Shown piece after piece: positions 12,182 through 25,369 of a stretch of DNA of 56,094 bases. Positions within the stretch are counted from its first letter, which is position 1; every line of letters begins with the position of its first letter. The notes beneath the pieces are model-generated. The model was not told where the DNA came from, searched no databases, and worked only from the letters and a program-made list of their open reading frames with translations. The stretch lies in the NCBI RefSeq assembly GCF_001194135.2, contig NC_069001.1, positions 29,714,913-29,771,006 of the forward strand. The letters are read 5' to 3'. This stretch comes from Octopus bimaculoides. Its lineage: Eukaryota. Position numbers and translations under genes: made by a program.

Positions 12182-15100
12182 GCAGACACACACACAAAAA
12201 AAAACACACACACACACACCTATANNNNNNNNNNNNNNNNNNNNNNNNNNNNNNNNNNNNNNNNNNNNNNNNNNNNNNNNNNNNNNNNNNNNNNNNNNNN
12301 NNNNNNNNNNNNNNNNNNNNNNNNNNNNNNNNNNNNNNNNNNNNNNNNNNNNNNNNNNNNNNNNNNNNNNNNNNNNNNNNNNNNNNNNNNNATATATATA
12401 TATATACATATGCGTATTCACATATATGTATTTTTCGTTACCTGATATGCATTATAGAGAAAAACATTACAACATTCAGTTGTATGAGAAGAAGATTTTC
12501 ACTTGTATTCAAAGAAATTTCTCCTATCGAAAAGTATGTAAACTATATTCAATATGTCTATATTTCGATTTCTTTTTTTATCCACGACTATGTTTCAAAA
12601 CTTTTCTTTATTAGTTTGTAAAATTTTACGACATACAGATATTTATTGAAAGTAATATAAGAAACGAATCTCGTAGAATTACATAGAAATGTTTTCGTAA
12701 TATCCGTAATATATTGGTAGTGTACTAACAAAGACAGTGAGATCATGAATTGTAAGATAAGTTGCGTTGAGTTCATCCATATATTTCTAAAATTGAAAAC
12801 TCTTTGTCGTATTCATGTTTCGAAATTCAGCAAAATTAATACGATGCTTAATAATACGTTACGTAGATGCCATACATACCCACACATAATTCTTTTGATA
12901 TTTTACTACTAAAAGTTATAGAAACATACATTTATTGACTTAATATATTTTTATCTTAAGATATTTGTTATCATTGAACATAAAATAAGATGAAAGGAGA
13001 CAAACATATTCGTTAAAATATTGTCAATTTAAACAAATATATACACATATATACACATTCATACATACATATATATATATATAAATAATATATATATATA
13101 TATATATATATANNNNNNNNNNNNNNNNNNNNNNNNNNNNNNNNNNNNNNNNNNNNNNNNNNNNNNNNNNNNATATATGAGTGTATGTATGTATGTATAT
13201 ATATATATACGACGTTGACTTAATAAAATAAAACTATCTAATTAGATCCAAGTTTTGAAATATAGTTACTTTCATCACACATAATATAATAATATATATC
13301 ATATAAGAACGTTTCGCTATCATAATATTTCATCTCAGCAAAATAAATACAGACTAATTGAGACATGAAGACATGATGAATGACGTGATACATAAAAAAA
13401 AAAATCAGTGTGAAACAGATTTATAATTTATTTATTCGGTTTATAATCACCCATATCAGGAAATGAAGAGAGAAAGAATAGCTATTATCATTTTTCATAG
13501 GTCTGAATGGATTGCACTTGTAATTACATTTCATTCAGAAACATTGTATTAATAAAAATTAAATTTAACTTCAACACTTGAACGAAGAAATTGTTATTTA
13601 CTCAGTAGCCAAAACAGCATAATAGCATTTATTTAGCTTCTTGTGGCTCCAGCCAAAATGTCTGTATTCATGTAGTTTGCTTTTAAAAATCAAATATACC
13701 GTATGGCAGATAAATCTCCAAACAATTTATTCAGTTTCAATGTTTTTAACATTTTTTTTATTATAATCATTTGATTTAAAACGATGAAAATGTGAGTTAG
13801 TAAGATTTACTAAAAGTTAAACATCATTAATGAATCGTCTATACACGGTGGACAATACGATTCAAGACTACACAGTCAGGCAGATTTAATGCTGTGCCAA
13901 CCAATGGCAGTAGAGCTCCGTCTTCTGTATTAAAAAAATCACATGTTGAAACACCAGTTTCCTAGAATCTTTTGTATCGATGATTCGAGTGTGTTAGGAA
14001 AATATATTCTTCTTAAAGAGGAAGTTGTTCTCCTGAGCGCAACACAAAAGCGATTACCATGTTCATATTCCAATTTGCTAGAACGCATTAAGAAAAATGA
14101 CGCGAGCCAACATTTTGAATCTCGTTCCTCACCGTGTATATGACTGTATATCATCGGCAGGCAGATGTGACTACTGATTTTCGACATTTTCTGTGCCGAA
14201 AATGTTAGTTAGACCATCATCTCTCGTTAGATCCATTAGTCCAGATGATAAACAGCATGTGAAAACATTGGGCATATATAATCATCATTATCAATCAGAT
14301 ACTGTTCTCGTCGGAAACACCCAACAGCGCATAGCATATTCTCGTACGAGTATGTTTAAACGTTTTACGAATGTATATACAAAGCATCACCGGAACTGAA
14401 AAGAGCATTGGTTAATTATTTTGCTAATTTGCCTTCAGGGATAAATAATTATGGAACTTACAGCATAGATCAAAATTACGCCAGATGTATATCTACGAGT
14501 CCTTGGAAATATCACCTTCCGGCCAACATACAGAATATCTGAACATATTCGCAGCGGCAAACTTTTATTTAATGAAAATCATGCGTGATACACCAACTAT
14601 AGAGACAATTTGATAGGCATCCGGGCCCGCTTCATAGCAAGATGGATACCAAACGTACATCATCTTATTGTTAATCTGTATTTATTACGACGCTTTAGAT
14701 TCAGTGACAGAATCGCTGTACGGTAGAAACTAACAAAGATACCCATGATTTGTCGAAAGGGTAGTCATTGTCAAAGAGTAAGTGTAAATTTCATGATACA
14801 TGAAGGCAGTCTCCTTACTAAAATGCAATAATAAAATAGAGCTTCTGCGAGCCAAACCCACACTCGTCCCTCGATATAGGACTATGGCAAATTCCTCGGG
14901 TTTGAAAATAATTCCTTTTGGTTCGACTTTAAGATGTGATTGTCTATCATAACGGGTATTCTCAGCATCTCACTCGCAGATAGAGTATGAGATACGAACC
15001 AAACATTTTAACCGATCCAAATAACCTGCGGTAAACATGGCCATGTAGGTGCAGTGAGTAACAACATCAACTTGATGATTAAATTAATCATTGTCTATTT

Positions 15101-15519
15101 ATTCCATTTAACTTCGTATTGATCGCTACAGTTTCCCCAAATGCCCTCCATCATGTAAGACGTCTGATTTTATCACCGATTAAGAATAATTGTGTTGACT
15201 CAGTTTAGAATGCATGTTTAGGTGTTTAAATATCAAAATATACAGATTTCTTTTCTCCCTCCTGAAGACGCGTTATATCCCGCTAGCACATCTATCAGAA
15301 TCGTTTTTGTGGTTTGATATTTACTTCGTTGTGCTTGAAATTTATTTAATTTGGAAGATTTATTACCTTAAATATTGCAAACCAGAACTGTGGAGATAAT
15401 GACTAAAGAAGAATTGCTTTTGTTGAAAGCAATGTACTGAGACATGCAATAAAGTAGGGCCACTGCATGATTTGAAATCGCAAAAAACCAAAGTAAACAG
15501 ATTTACTTATGAAATTCGT

Positions 15520-15935
15520 TGTCAAAACTTGGCAGAATTTGGTAGAAACATCGGAAACATTGTTTCTTTTAAGTATCGTCCTCTCATTGGAGTTCTCATT
15601 TTTTCACTACTCACTTTGCATTTCACACACTTCAGCTTTATACAGAAAAGCCGGCCCTCACCCAAAAGCGTACAGGTTATGTTAATGGGTACCATCCATT
15701 CTCTAATATATTTAGGCCCATATGCATTCACTAAGAGATATAAACAACATTTGGATACCCAACTCTTTAGCACAGTAAGACATTGAAAATAGAGTTGTAC
15801 AGAATTTTCCTCCTCCATATGGCAGGGAGCAAATTCTGTACAAAGTGTCATCTTGTACACGTTTTCTCTTGCATAGCCCGTGATAATGTGAAATTTAGTG
15901 ATGATTATCAATAAAACACGCCGGTTGGTCAAGAA
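15520..15935 (-). mobile_element. Probable L1/Tx1-like LINE ORF2 C-terminal (zf-RVT-like) fragment
   Basis: ORF 15522-15932 contains KMTLCTEFAPCHMEEENSVQLYFQCLTVLKSW, resembling the CxxC..EE...HLFFxCxxVxxxW zinc knuckle of L1/Tx1 ORF2. Motif recognised by eye only. Confidence 0.45.
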
Positions 15936-16467
15936 TGGAACTCACAATTTGATGATTAGGAACCCAAAACACCTATATCGAGAAGAAATGTTTGTAATGC
16001 TGGATACATTACTTACACATTCAAGAGTCTGAGTGATTGTACTCGATCTAAAATGTGTGGCACTTTGCCTATGTTGGAAATCAATATTATTAATGCAAGA
16101 ATAGTTGTTGTTACTGCCTTTAATGTTACTAGAAGAAGTGGAGCGATACAGACAATTGTCATTTCTAATACGATGATAGGAAGAAGGAAGTGTTTGTAGC
16201 CATTATGTTAGTCGTTATATCTCACTGCCACCATTGTAAACCATGGTGAAATGAATTTATGCTTTCTAGAAAGGAAGCAATAATAATTAACACAATGTCT
16301 TCCTTATGGATGCGAAGTATATATCTACATGTAGCAAGAGAAACTTTTTCAAGAAAATAAAGCAATCATTGTTAAAATAAAAGCTACGTTAACCAAATAT
16401 ATAACTCATGCACGAGAATTGATTCCAAAGTAAAAACTGGCTATAATAATACATAGTTTGCATTAAT

Positions 16468-16472
<5 letters not shown>

Positions 16473-16520
<48 letters not shown>
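16473..16520. repeat. (AAT)16 microsatellite
   Basis: Direct read; abuts the RT fragment that follows. Confidence 0.95.
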
Positions 16521-16526
16521 GCCATG

Positions 16527-16748
16527 AACAGGGTAGCGTAAGCCCTGAACAAGGTAGCACCAATAATTATAAAATACATAAGACACTCTATGAATAAATA
16601 GCAGACAGTGCTACAGCTCCAAACAGAATGATTCGTAAAAACCAAAGCCATCCCAATTAGAAGAGGAATATTCCAGGGAGACGCTCTCTCTACTCCTTTG
16701 CTGCTTGGAACTGAAACCCTTTTCTGATATGCTAAATAGAACTGGATG
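16527..16748 (+). mobile_element. R4/Dong-like (RLE-type) non-LTR retrotransposon reverse transcriptase fragment
   Basis: Translation LNKVAPIIIKYIRHSMNK*QTVLQLQTE*FVKTKAIPIRRGIFQGDALS, then after a frameshift PFSDMLNRTG. This contains the RT motif GIFQGDxLSPLLF typical of R4/NeSL-type elements. Confidence 0.82.
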
Positions 16749-17598
16749 CATGCCTTTAATTTTGTCTATCCGAAAGAAGGGTCTGGATATATGCCAGTCG
16801 TATATTCTGTCCTGCCCAAGGGTGGATTACAGAAATTTGTAATATGTTGTAATTTGTTACAATATTTTACGAGACATCTTATGATGTGGTTTATTTTTCC
16901 GGGATACCCTATTGAAATGTGCATAGGTTTGGCTTATTGTGGTTGTTTCTGTTATTATAATTGTTGCTGCAATAAAGTATCTTCAATGCATTGATTTTGA
17001 GCTCTATCCTTTAAGAGACATGTATACATATATATATACAAAAACTCAACTGTGAGTTTTTGGCTAAGACTGTTAACAGATACTNNNNNNNNNNCGCAGC
17101 AGGTTTGCTTCACTAGATATTCATGTATTTTTTTCTTTTCTGTCTTATTGTAAATATCTTTCAGATGTTACTTGTAATTCCCTATTGAATCTCATTCTCA
17201 CAATATAATTTTTTTTAAAAACAATTCGCTTGAAATTTCACGTGACATTCTGTTTTTGTCGTAATCCGTATACGCTTTATATTTTGCAAGGTATTTTATT
17301 CGTTCTACTGCAATCTGGCTTTGTTAAAATTTATATTTATCTTATCTTGCACATCCTCGTTCGATATCTCTTATATACATGAATGCACATGCGCATACAC
17401 TTATATTCATTTCCACAACAATACTGTTTGAGATGATGTGTCTATATCTATGCTTAATTATAACTGTATTTATTTGTGCAAACGCACATACACACCTGTG
17501 TGGGTGTATCTCCATATACATATACACTTGAACAACTCTCGCATGCACATACATACACACAAATACGTTTTTGTGCATATACGTAAATATACATACCT

Positions 17599-17656
<58 letters not shown>

Positions 17657-18443
17657 TTGTGTGTGTATGTATGTATGTATATAGCAAAATCTTTCTTTCC
17701 TTTTACATCCATCTTCTCTTCCCTTCAATAAATAATTCTATTTCCTGAGTTTGACAAGACGTATCTAATTTTCAGTTTTTTTGTGGCTTCTGTTTTGAGC
17801 AACTGAATGTTAAACAGATTCTCGCAGATTGGTAATTAGCAGTCAGTTCTGGGGCTGATATTTATATTTCGAGAATAAAACTGATTTGAAATCTGATTGT
17901 TGATAAATAGTTTCCAGAAACATGTTTCAGGTTTCTATGTGTAAGTAACATTATAATTCTGTGTGACACTCAACATGCTTTTTTTATTTTTTTTTATTTG
18001 GTTAAAATTAATTCTAAAAAAAAAAAACATCAATTGTCCCGTTTCTTCTTTAACCTCGTGTGTACTGTGAAACAATCATTTCTATGCTGAAATATGTTTT
18101 TTCTCCCGTTATAAATAATTTTTCCTAAACATCTTGTGCATTCTAGAAAATGTTTTTTTTTTTCTGACGCCTTATCTATATTTTCTATTCCTGTTGCTAT
18201 TGCTCCTAAAACCTCATCCGACAATGCTTGCATTTGCAGTTTTGTTACCGTAACAAACCTCTTTTCCTCCTTTTCATTCAGTATGCGATTATATAATCCA
18301 GTGTATACTTGCATCTTATTAGACGGCAAGTATCACGTAATGGAATATAAATATATTAAGTATGAGCACAATAAATACTTTTAACACATTCTTCATTTTG
18401 TTTTGTTATAATATCGAAAACACGACGGATATACAATGTTAAA

Positions 18444-18790
18444 CGAAGTGTATAGTTGTTGTTCTTCACTAAGAATCAAAAGACAGGGAAAAAAGACTGA
18501 ATTATACAGGAAGTACGTAACTGATGTTTTGTATTAAATATGAAAACACAAGGAGGATATTGTTTTAAAGGAAGTACATAATTGTTATTTTATATTGAAA
18601 TTCGAAAGAAATATGAAATAGCACTTTATAGGAAGTACATAATTGTTGTTTTGTATTTAATGTCAAATGCCAAGGAAGACGCAGTTAAAAATAATGTGCA
18701 TAATTTTCATCTTGTATTTAAAATCATAATTTACAACTTGGTTTAGAGTAAGTTAATAATTCTATATTTTATTTCAAGTCACACCAATAA
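18444..18790. repeat. Degenerate minisatellite, about 61-bp period, 5-6 units with a conserved 30-bp core
   Basis: Cores start at 18509, 18570, 18631 and 18692 (exact 61-bp steps), with weaker copies at 18444 and 18748. Core consensus GGAAGTACATAATTGTTGTTTTGTATTTAA. Confidence 0.85.
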
Positions 18791-18914
18791 CAAAAGATGT
18801 TATGTAATTATTTGAAGTCGAAATAAATACCCGAGATGCTTTGTACACGCAGACACTATAACAAATAACTTAAAAGCCATCTCAACATTGGAAACACTTC
18901 TGTATTGTCAACAA

Positions 18915-19040
18915 TGATCTTTCTATTATAGGTGTTTCACTCCTCAACGTATACACATCGTATGAGTGGAGCAGCGAGAACTGAATTCGCTTTCGTCAAC
19001 AGAAAGGTCCTATTGGTGGTTTTATATTAAACTCATATCT
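18915..19040 (+). mobile_element. Possible very old LINE RT fragment
   Basis: GVSLLNVYTSY...EN*IRFRQQKG resembles NYRGISLLNV...ENQFGFRKGR of RTE/Jockey-type RT; weak. Confidence 0.3.
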
Positions 19041-20084
19041 TTGACGGACTAACTTTAGGATTCATGGTTACCTCTGTATTCTGCAATTCATACAGCCTGG
19101 TTTATGTAGAATACTTTCTTGTGTAGGTATCTACTATATAATTAGAATCCGTCTTACTGGCCCAGTGTATTTCACAGAGAAACGGAACAATCTGGAAGAA
19201 TCTATCATTACCGATTGTTGAAAGAAATTTCATCACAAAATTAGGATATAAGACTCGTTATTAAACTATGTTTCTTATTGGGAACTTTAGAAAAGCGTAG
19301 TAAAAAATGATTATATTTATTTGCATTTGTTATACGGCAACGTTTTGTAATATATTTATCATATTTTGTGAATGATAGAAATATTCCTGTACGAGTTTAG
19401 AACGACTATGGTATCACTGTATAACGGTTACTTAAAAATTATCTTATTTAAAGTCAATTTTAGTTCTAATATTTCACGATATAAAACTTCATATATTTTT
19501 TAAAACTGATTTATTTCAAACATATTCCAAAACACTATGTAACATTCAACTCCATATTACTTTCATCTTCTGTAATTTAATCACGGAATATTTTCTCTTC
19601 TATGCATTGCATGTATTCAGGTTTTCTAGATAACTCAGATACTTCATTCTCAATCTACTAGAAATTAGATTAATATCCATTTCGCATGTTTATCATGTAT
19701 TTTTCAAAAATCTATATGAAACGAAAAAAATAGAATATTTCACTGACAGTCCAATTTGTAAATATATAGACGCATTTCCACCTTTGCCTCGTAATTCATA
19801 CCATAATATGTAATGTCATAACAGAATTATTGAAATAGGCTCCATTTTGTAGGAATATCCAGAATGAAATACATAGAGACCACTGCTGAACTTCTAGCTT
19901 ACAGGACATGTAACTCCGTTCTGTAGGCTGAATTTATGGTTGAATAGTGTTTTTATATTTATTAAGGACTTCTACGACATAAATAGTACATTGTTCACTC
20001 TCTAAATTGTTGTCACCCCACACCGAAACAATATCGTTGGAAGACCACTTATAAAGGCCTTCAGAATTAGTAGAAGTTAACTTT

Positions 20085-20232
20085 CAGCTGAAAAGACGAG
20101 AGTTTCAGAGGCACATCTGTGAGGATAATCAAGCTATTCTATTCATTTTCAGCACTCACAGCTGAAAAGACGAGAGTTTCAGAGGCACATCTGTGAGGAT
20201 AATCAAGCTATTCTATTCATTTTCAGCACTCA
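20085..20232. repeat. Perfect 74-bp tandem duplication
   Basis: cagctgaaaagacgagagtttcagaggcacatctgtgaggataatcaagctattctattcattttcagcactca occurs twice, at 20085-20158 and 20159-20232. Confidence 0.95.
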
Positions 20233-21322
20233 ATCACGTCAGGCTCTTTGTATACACATTACCTTGAGTTGTCCAAAAAATTGTAATTTTCCTCAATTTT
20301 AAACCCTGGTCTAACTTTGGAGCAATAGGCTAAAGTTTAGAAATACTTCATTATTACCTTTCCATTGCATATAAAATATAGTAAATTGATGAATATAGCT
20401 GATTTGTTAGGTCTGTTGAAATTCGGAATGTATTTCGGTTTAGATTTTAGTGTCCAGTATGTTTCAAAACGCCTCAAGGCTGAGACCACACAAAGCTCCA
20501 CTACCGGTTTAGGAATATAAGTCCTTCATGAAAACATTTCTGGAATATATTACAATTTTATTTTAAGGAACTGACCCAAGATGTTGTTCCAATCTCCTTG
20601 CATTTCTCATGGCTATTGACTATCTAACGAAGCTACTACGCATAATAGTATCCAAAGATAGGTGGAGTAATTTTGCTTGTTCCAACCGTTATTAGATTCG
20701 TTTCCAAGTTGTGTGAATGCATTATTTATTGCCTACTTTTTTTTCCATTTGATTACTTAATGCTTTTCAATATTCCATTTCTGATATAGTAGGGTATGAT
20801 GTGTTCCGTCGATCGATTATTTTAATGTTTATTATCTTTTCGGCTATTAATAAAGGATATGCAGCTTAAATTTCAGTTGGCATTTTAAGTGACGTTTGAT
20901 AAGAGATAAAAATGTAAGACATTCAACATAGTTTAATTGGATGCAATCATCCAGTTTCACTTACTAGAATAAGGTAGGCAATGAATTAAGACGTATGCAG
21001 TGGTTATCTTGAATCTTAAAGGCGTAGTGTTGTTTCGAAACCTATATATAATACTACAAGCACAATGATAGATTCCTCTCTGTTACAAGTTTTAGACTAC
21101 ACTCGAACCAGGGTAAGAATTTTAGCATCGCTATAATTTTTACCACTGCTTTGACAAATCGAAATATTTTTAGTCCAAACATCGTAGTGCTTTATGAAAT
21201 AAGAGGTCACCCGTGTTGTTCGGTATACTATATTTACATTCATTCAATAAATTTAAAACGTAGTATTTTGTTGGAACAATATATTTCCTTGAATATAGGG
21301 CAGCCAGCTTACAAGCCTAACA

Positions 21323-21466
21323 TTTTGAGTTCACCGGTTGCTGAAGTCGATTTTGATTTTCGTCCTTTCAGAATCGATACAATAAGTACCAGTTGCATAC
21401 TGGTTTCGATACGATCGACTTGCCCCTAGCACGTATTTGCTGGCATTATGCCAAAATTTCAAATCA
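21323..21466 (+). mobile_element. tRNA-derived SINE family B, 5'-truncated and diverged
   Basis: ttgagttca...gtcgattttgattttcgtcctttcagaatcgatacaataagtaccagttgcatactgg...cgatcgacttgcccc...atgccaaaattt; same central domain as 31601-31818 and 36817-37018. Confidence 0.8.
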
Positions 21467-22070
21467 ATGCATTTGCGTGAATATTTGTCAGATACTGTAC
21501 TCGCACAAACCGTAGAAATAAACAAAACAATAACTATAATGAAATAAATCTTTGCGGAGAAGTGACAGACTTTATGGTATCTGCAGTATAATTTGACGCC
21601 ATTTTCAATACATTTTTACAGTTTTAATAAAATGCCATGAAAAAATACACCCAAAAACCAGAAACTACTTAAGAAAATTATATACTTCAAACTCTTATGT
21701 GCAGGCATATCATCAACTTATAGGAATTGCTCTGAAATCTTTTATCGCAACTGCAATTATTTCTTAAATTCTCCATGAACATTTGTCTACTCCATAAAAT
21801 TAAGTAACTGAAATAATTATGTAAAGAATAAAATGACACAAACTTCCTTTGAAGAGTTTTGAAAACCACTTAAATAAAAAGAAAACAGTAAATTATTTTA
21901 ATTTAAGTCTGATCGATTTTATTTTCTCCTTACTTTACTTTATTTCCAATCAGATCCTATTACTTCTCAACAAATCGAAATCATTCTCTACTTTAAACCG
22001 TGCGCTGCGGCAGACATAGTAAGCAAATAACACACACACACACACACACATGCATAAAATATTTGTATAC

Positions 22071-22101
<31 letters not shown>

Positions 22102-22136
22102 CAAATGTATATAAATATTTTATATATATGATATAT

Positions 22137-22172
<36 letters not shown>

Positions 22173-22935
22173 NNNNNNNNNNNNNNNNNNNNNNNNNNNN
22201 NNNNNNNNNNNNNNNNNNNNNNNNNNNNNNNNNNNNNNNNNNNNNNNNNNNNNNNNNNNNNNNNNNNNNNNNNNNNNNNNNNNNNNNNNNNNNNNNNNNN
22301 NNNNNNNNNNNNNNNNNNNNNNNNNNNNNNNNNNNNNNNNNNNNNNNNNNNNNNNNNNNNNNNNNNNNNNNNNNNNNNNNNNNNNNNNNNNNNNNNNNNN
22401 NNNNNNNNNNNNNNNNNNNNNNNNNNNNNNNNNNNNNNNNNNNNNNNNNNNNNNNNNNNNNNNNNNNNNNNNNNNNNNNNNNNNNNNNNNNNNNNNNNNN
22501 NNNNNNNNNNNNNNNNNNNNNNNNNNNNNNNNNNNNNNNNNNNNNNNNNNNNNNNNNNNNNNNNNNNNNNNNNNNNNNNNNNNNNNNNNNNNNNNNNNNN
22601 NNNNNNNNNNNNNNNNNNNNNNNNNNNNNNNNNNNNNNNNNNNNNNNNNNNNNNNNNNNNNNNNNNNNNNNNNNNNNNNNNNNNNNNNNNNNNNNNNNNN
22701 NNNNNNNNNNNNNNNNNNNNNNNNNNNNNNNNNNNNNNNNNNNNNNNNNNNNNNNNNNNNNNNNNNNNNNNNNNNNNNNNNNNNNNNNNNNNNNNNNNNN
22801 NNNNNNNNNNNNNNNNNNNNNNNNNNNNNNNNNNNNNNNNNNNNNNNNNNNNNNNNNNNNNNNNNNNNNNNNNNNNNNNNNNNNNNNNNNNNNNNNNNNN
22901 NNNNNNNNNNNNNNNNNNNNNNNNNNNNNNNNNNN
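22173..22935. other. Assembly gap (N run)
   Basis: One of 11 gaps: 12225-12391, 13113-13172, 17085-17094, 22173-22935, 28754-28908, 31328-31390, 35516-35537, 36373-36445, 39718-39939, 43347-44335, 53958-53967. Confidence 1.
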
Positions 22936-24015
22936 ATATATATATGGATGAACACTACGACAAAAATTTGCAATGATTAAAGAAATTCGGGCGAAATCGT
23001 TTTCACATAAAAATCGTTGAAAATAAAATAAGGCAAAAGTTACCATTAAATGTGACTAAATTCATTGAACTTTTTATTCTTTGTGGGGAGCAATATAATT
23101 TGTGCTAGTAGTTCTTTGATTTTTATAGTTTTTTTTATTATATTTCTTTAAGAATATACTGTTGAAGTGGCTGTTGAGTAGTGATGGTATTGTGTGCATT
23201 AGATATTTCCCGAAGTTCATTTTAATCTTCTTTTTTCAAATGTACTCGATTATGTTTTTCTGAAAGACATTAATTTCATTTAGTAGATACATGATGACTT
23301 ATAAAATTTGTTTGCAAATGCTCTCATACTTTGGTAAAATTTAATCAACTGCATTCAGTAGGTAACTTTTATAATTTTTTGTCTTTAATATTGCGGTCGG
23401 TTTTGTTGGTCTTTAAATTTTCTGCGGGAAGAGAGAAATCAATGATTTTTAATATGTTTATTAAAGTTTATTATCCTGATAATGACGCCCGCTTTGATGG
23501 GGCTACTACGAGGATAAAGAGCATCGTTATGTTGACCATCATGTAGCGGAGGTTGAATAGAATGATAGTGTTATACAGGTGTAGGTTGCACATAAATCTA
23601 GAAAGCAAATTTATTTGAGAAAAACACAAGCTTGTTCGTGGATAGTGAAGGTTTCAGTGTATATAGTAATCTGCTTGTTCGTTCGCTTGTTGTACATAAG
23701 CTGATTAGAGGGATGGAGGTAGAGTGAGTGAGAAGTGGAGTACAAGTCAGTAAGAGAGAGATAAAGAGAGAGAGAGAGAGGATGTGAGTGAAGATAGAAA
23801 TGAGGGAGAGGAGTATTGATATTAATACACTTAGGTTAAATGGCCACGTGGTCAGCTGAAGGAAGAGGCGAAAAGAGAAAAGAAGACAACGAGAAAAAAG
23901 AGGAAGAGAGAAGTGTTAACAACGTGCGGTGGGATGGGAAGGCAAGCCTATTACTTGGTTAAAAAGTTAGCTGAAGGGAAAGGAAGAAACAGAGAAATGG
24001 ATAAGGAAGGCAGTT

Positions 24016-24053
<38 letters not shown>

Positions 24054-25040
24054 ACCGTCTCCACTATACTGAGAGAGAAAGAGGCAGATAGAGGGGTTAT
24101 GGTGGTGTTTGTCGTGGTGGTGTGTTAACGTGTTAACAGTGAAAAGTATCTTCTTTTGTAGTGAACTAAATTTGTTTTTTACGGCAACCATCCCATACGC
24201 ATAAGTGCGATTATTTCTCATGTACTTGCCTAATAAAATTATATTTGGTTATAAGGGTTAAGTTAGCCTAAACTCTGAATTCCCAAGAAACATCATTGCA
24301 AGCTGCCCGAGAGAGGATGCACAGATATAGAGTATGGATCAGAGAGGAATAGCGGGAAAATATAAGAAGACGAAAAAGCCAAAAACCGAGGAAGACGTCA
24401 GGAAATGGATGTAGACGAGGGTCAAGAATATTTAAAGAAAGCCAAACGATGAATGTTATAAAGATGCAAATCATCCTTTTTTTCTTAAACAGGTCGTCTA
24501 AATTGTTTCCATTCAGTGGAATTTCCACGGCTTCCATTAATCATACGATTATTTTCTCCACAGTCCCAATATTGTGATCACAAATAAAGTAAAAATGTAG
24601 ATACGATTTTAATCTCAACGATAAAATATGAGTCAAATGCTCGTGAGAAATTAATTCGAAATTTTGAAATGTGTACTCGAAGTGACAATATTCGCGTCAG
24701 CGACCAAGGAATTACATGGCGACGCTTTATGCCTTCTTCTCAGGAAAGTAGCTAAAATAATAGAGAAATACACAGCAATGAAAACTCTAAGAAAGGGAGA
24801 AGCTTATAAATAACGAGAACCAGGTGGTAAACAATACCTAAACATACAACTAGAATGTACATAGATATCAGTCGAATCTAACGGTAGGAATATATGATCC
24901 TAATAATCTGAACAGCAACCAGTTTGCAAAAGAACAAGACACTACAAGAGAATAAAGATTTACTGCATGTTGATACTGAGAACAAACATAGATCCAAGTT
25001 ATTCATACCAGACTATGACATAGAAGGAATTTATAACTTA

Positions 25041-25224
25041 TACGGGGTGCTGAAAAGTTCTTCGCTTTGGTTACAGGCGCATACAAAAGGATCAGTTTAT
25101 TGTGATTTTATTCAACATATTTACCTCATAGATTTACACAACTATTGCAGCGGTCCTTCAGTCCTCACGAACCAGGTCTTTGGTGATTACCTTAGAGCCA
25201 AGACCTTTTCAGTAGCCTCTCGTA
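25041..25224. mobile_element. Mariner-type MITE, about 180 bp, TA-flanked
   Basis: Left end TAcggggtgctgaaaagttcttcgct; right end reverse-complements to TAcgagaggctactgaaaaggtcttggct. These are imperfect TIRs with TA at both ends; the same terminus recurs at 35283-35313. Confidence 0.8.
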
Positions 25225-25369
25225 GCGTAGTAAAGGAAGAAAGCCATATAATATAGATATACAATTATTTCAATAGTAGTACAAATCTCGACTAAACAAA
25301 ATCTCAACATAAACTTGTGTCAAAAGGGAAAATGATATCTTAAATCTTGGGTTACCTCCCTAATGTGAT

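Noticed and set aside
18444-18790. CRISPR array
   Set aside because: Eukaryotic context, no cas genes, repeats not identical, and the spacers are homologous to one another; better explained as a minisatellite.
21993-23046. Long ORFs of 281-326 aa
   Set aside because: Made of N-gap and (TA)n sequence.
23826-23857. E-box cluster (CCACGTGG, CAGCTG) as a promoter
   Set aside because: Short motifs in a GA-rich low-complexity region with no associated gene start.
24270-24460. RTE 3'-end fragment
   Set aside because: Only a loose resemblance to the GRPRKTW region; too degenerate to call.
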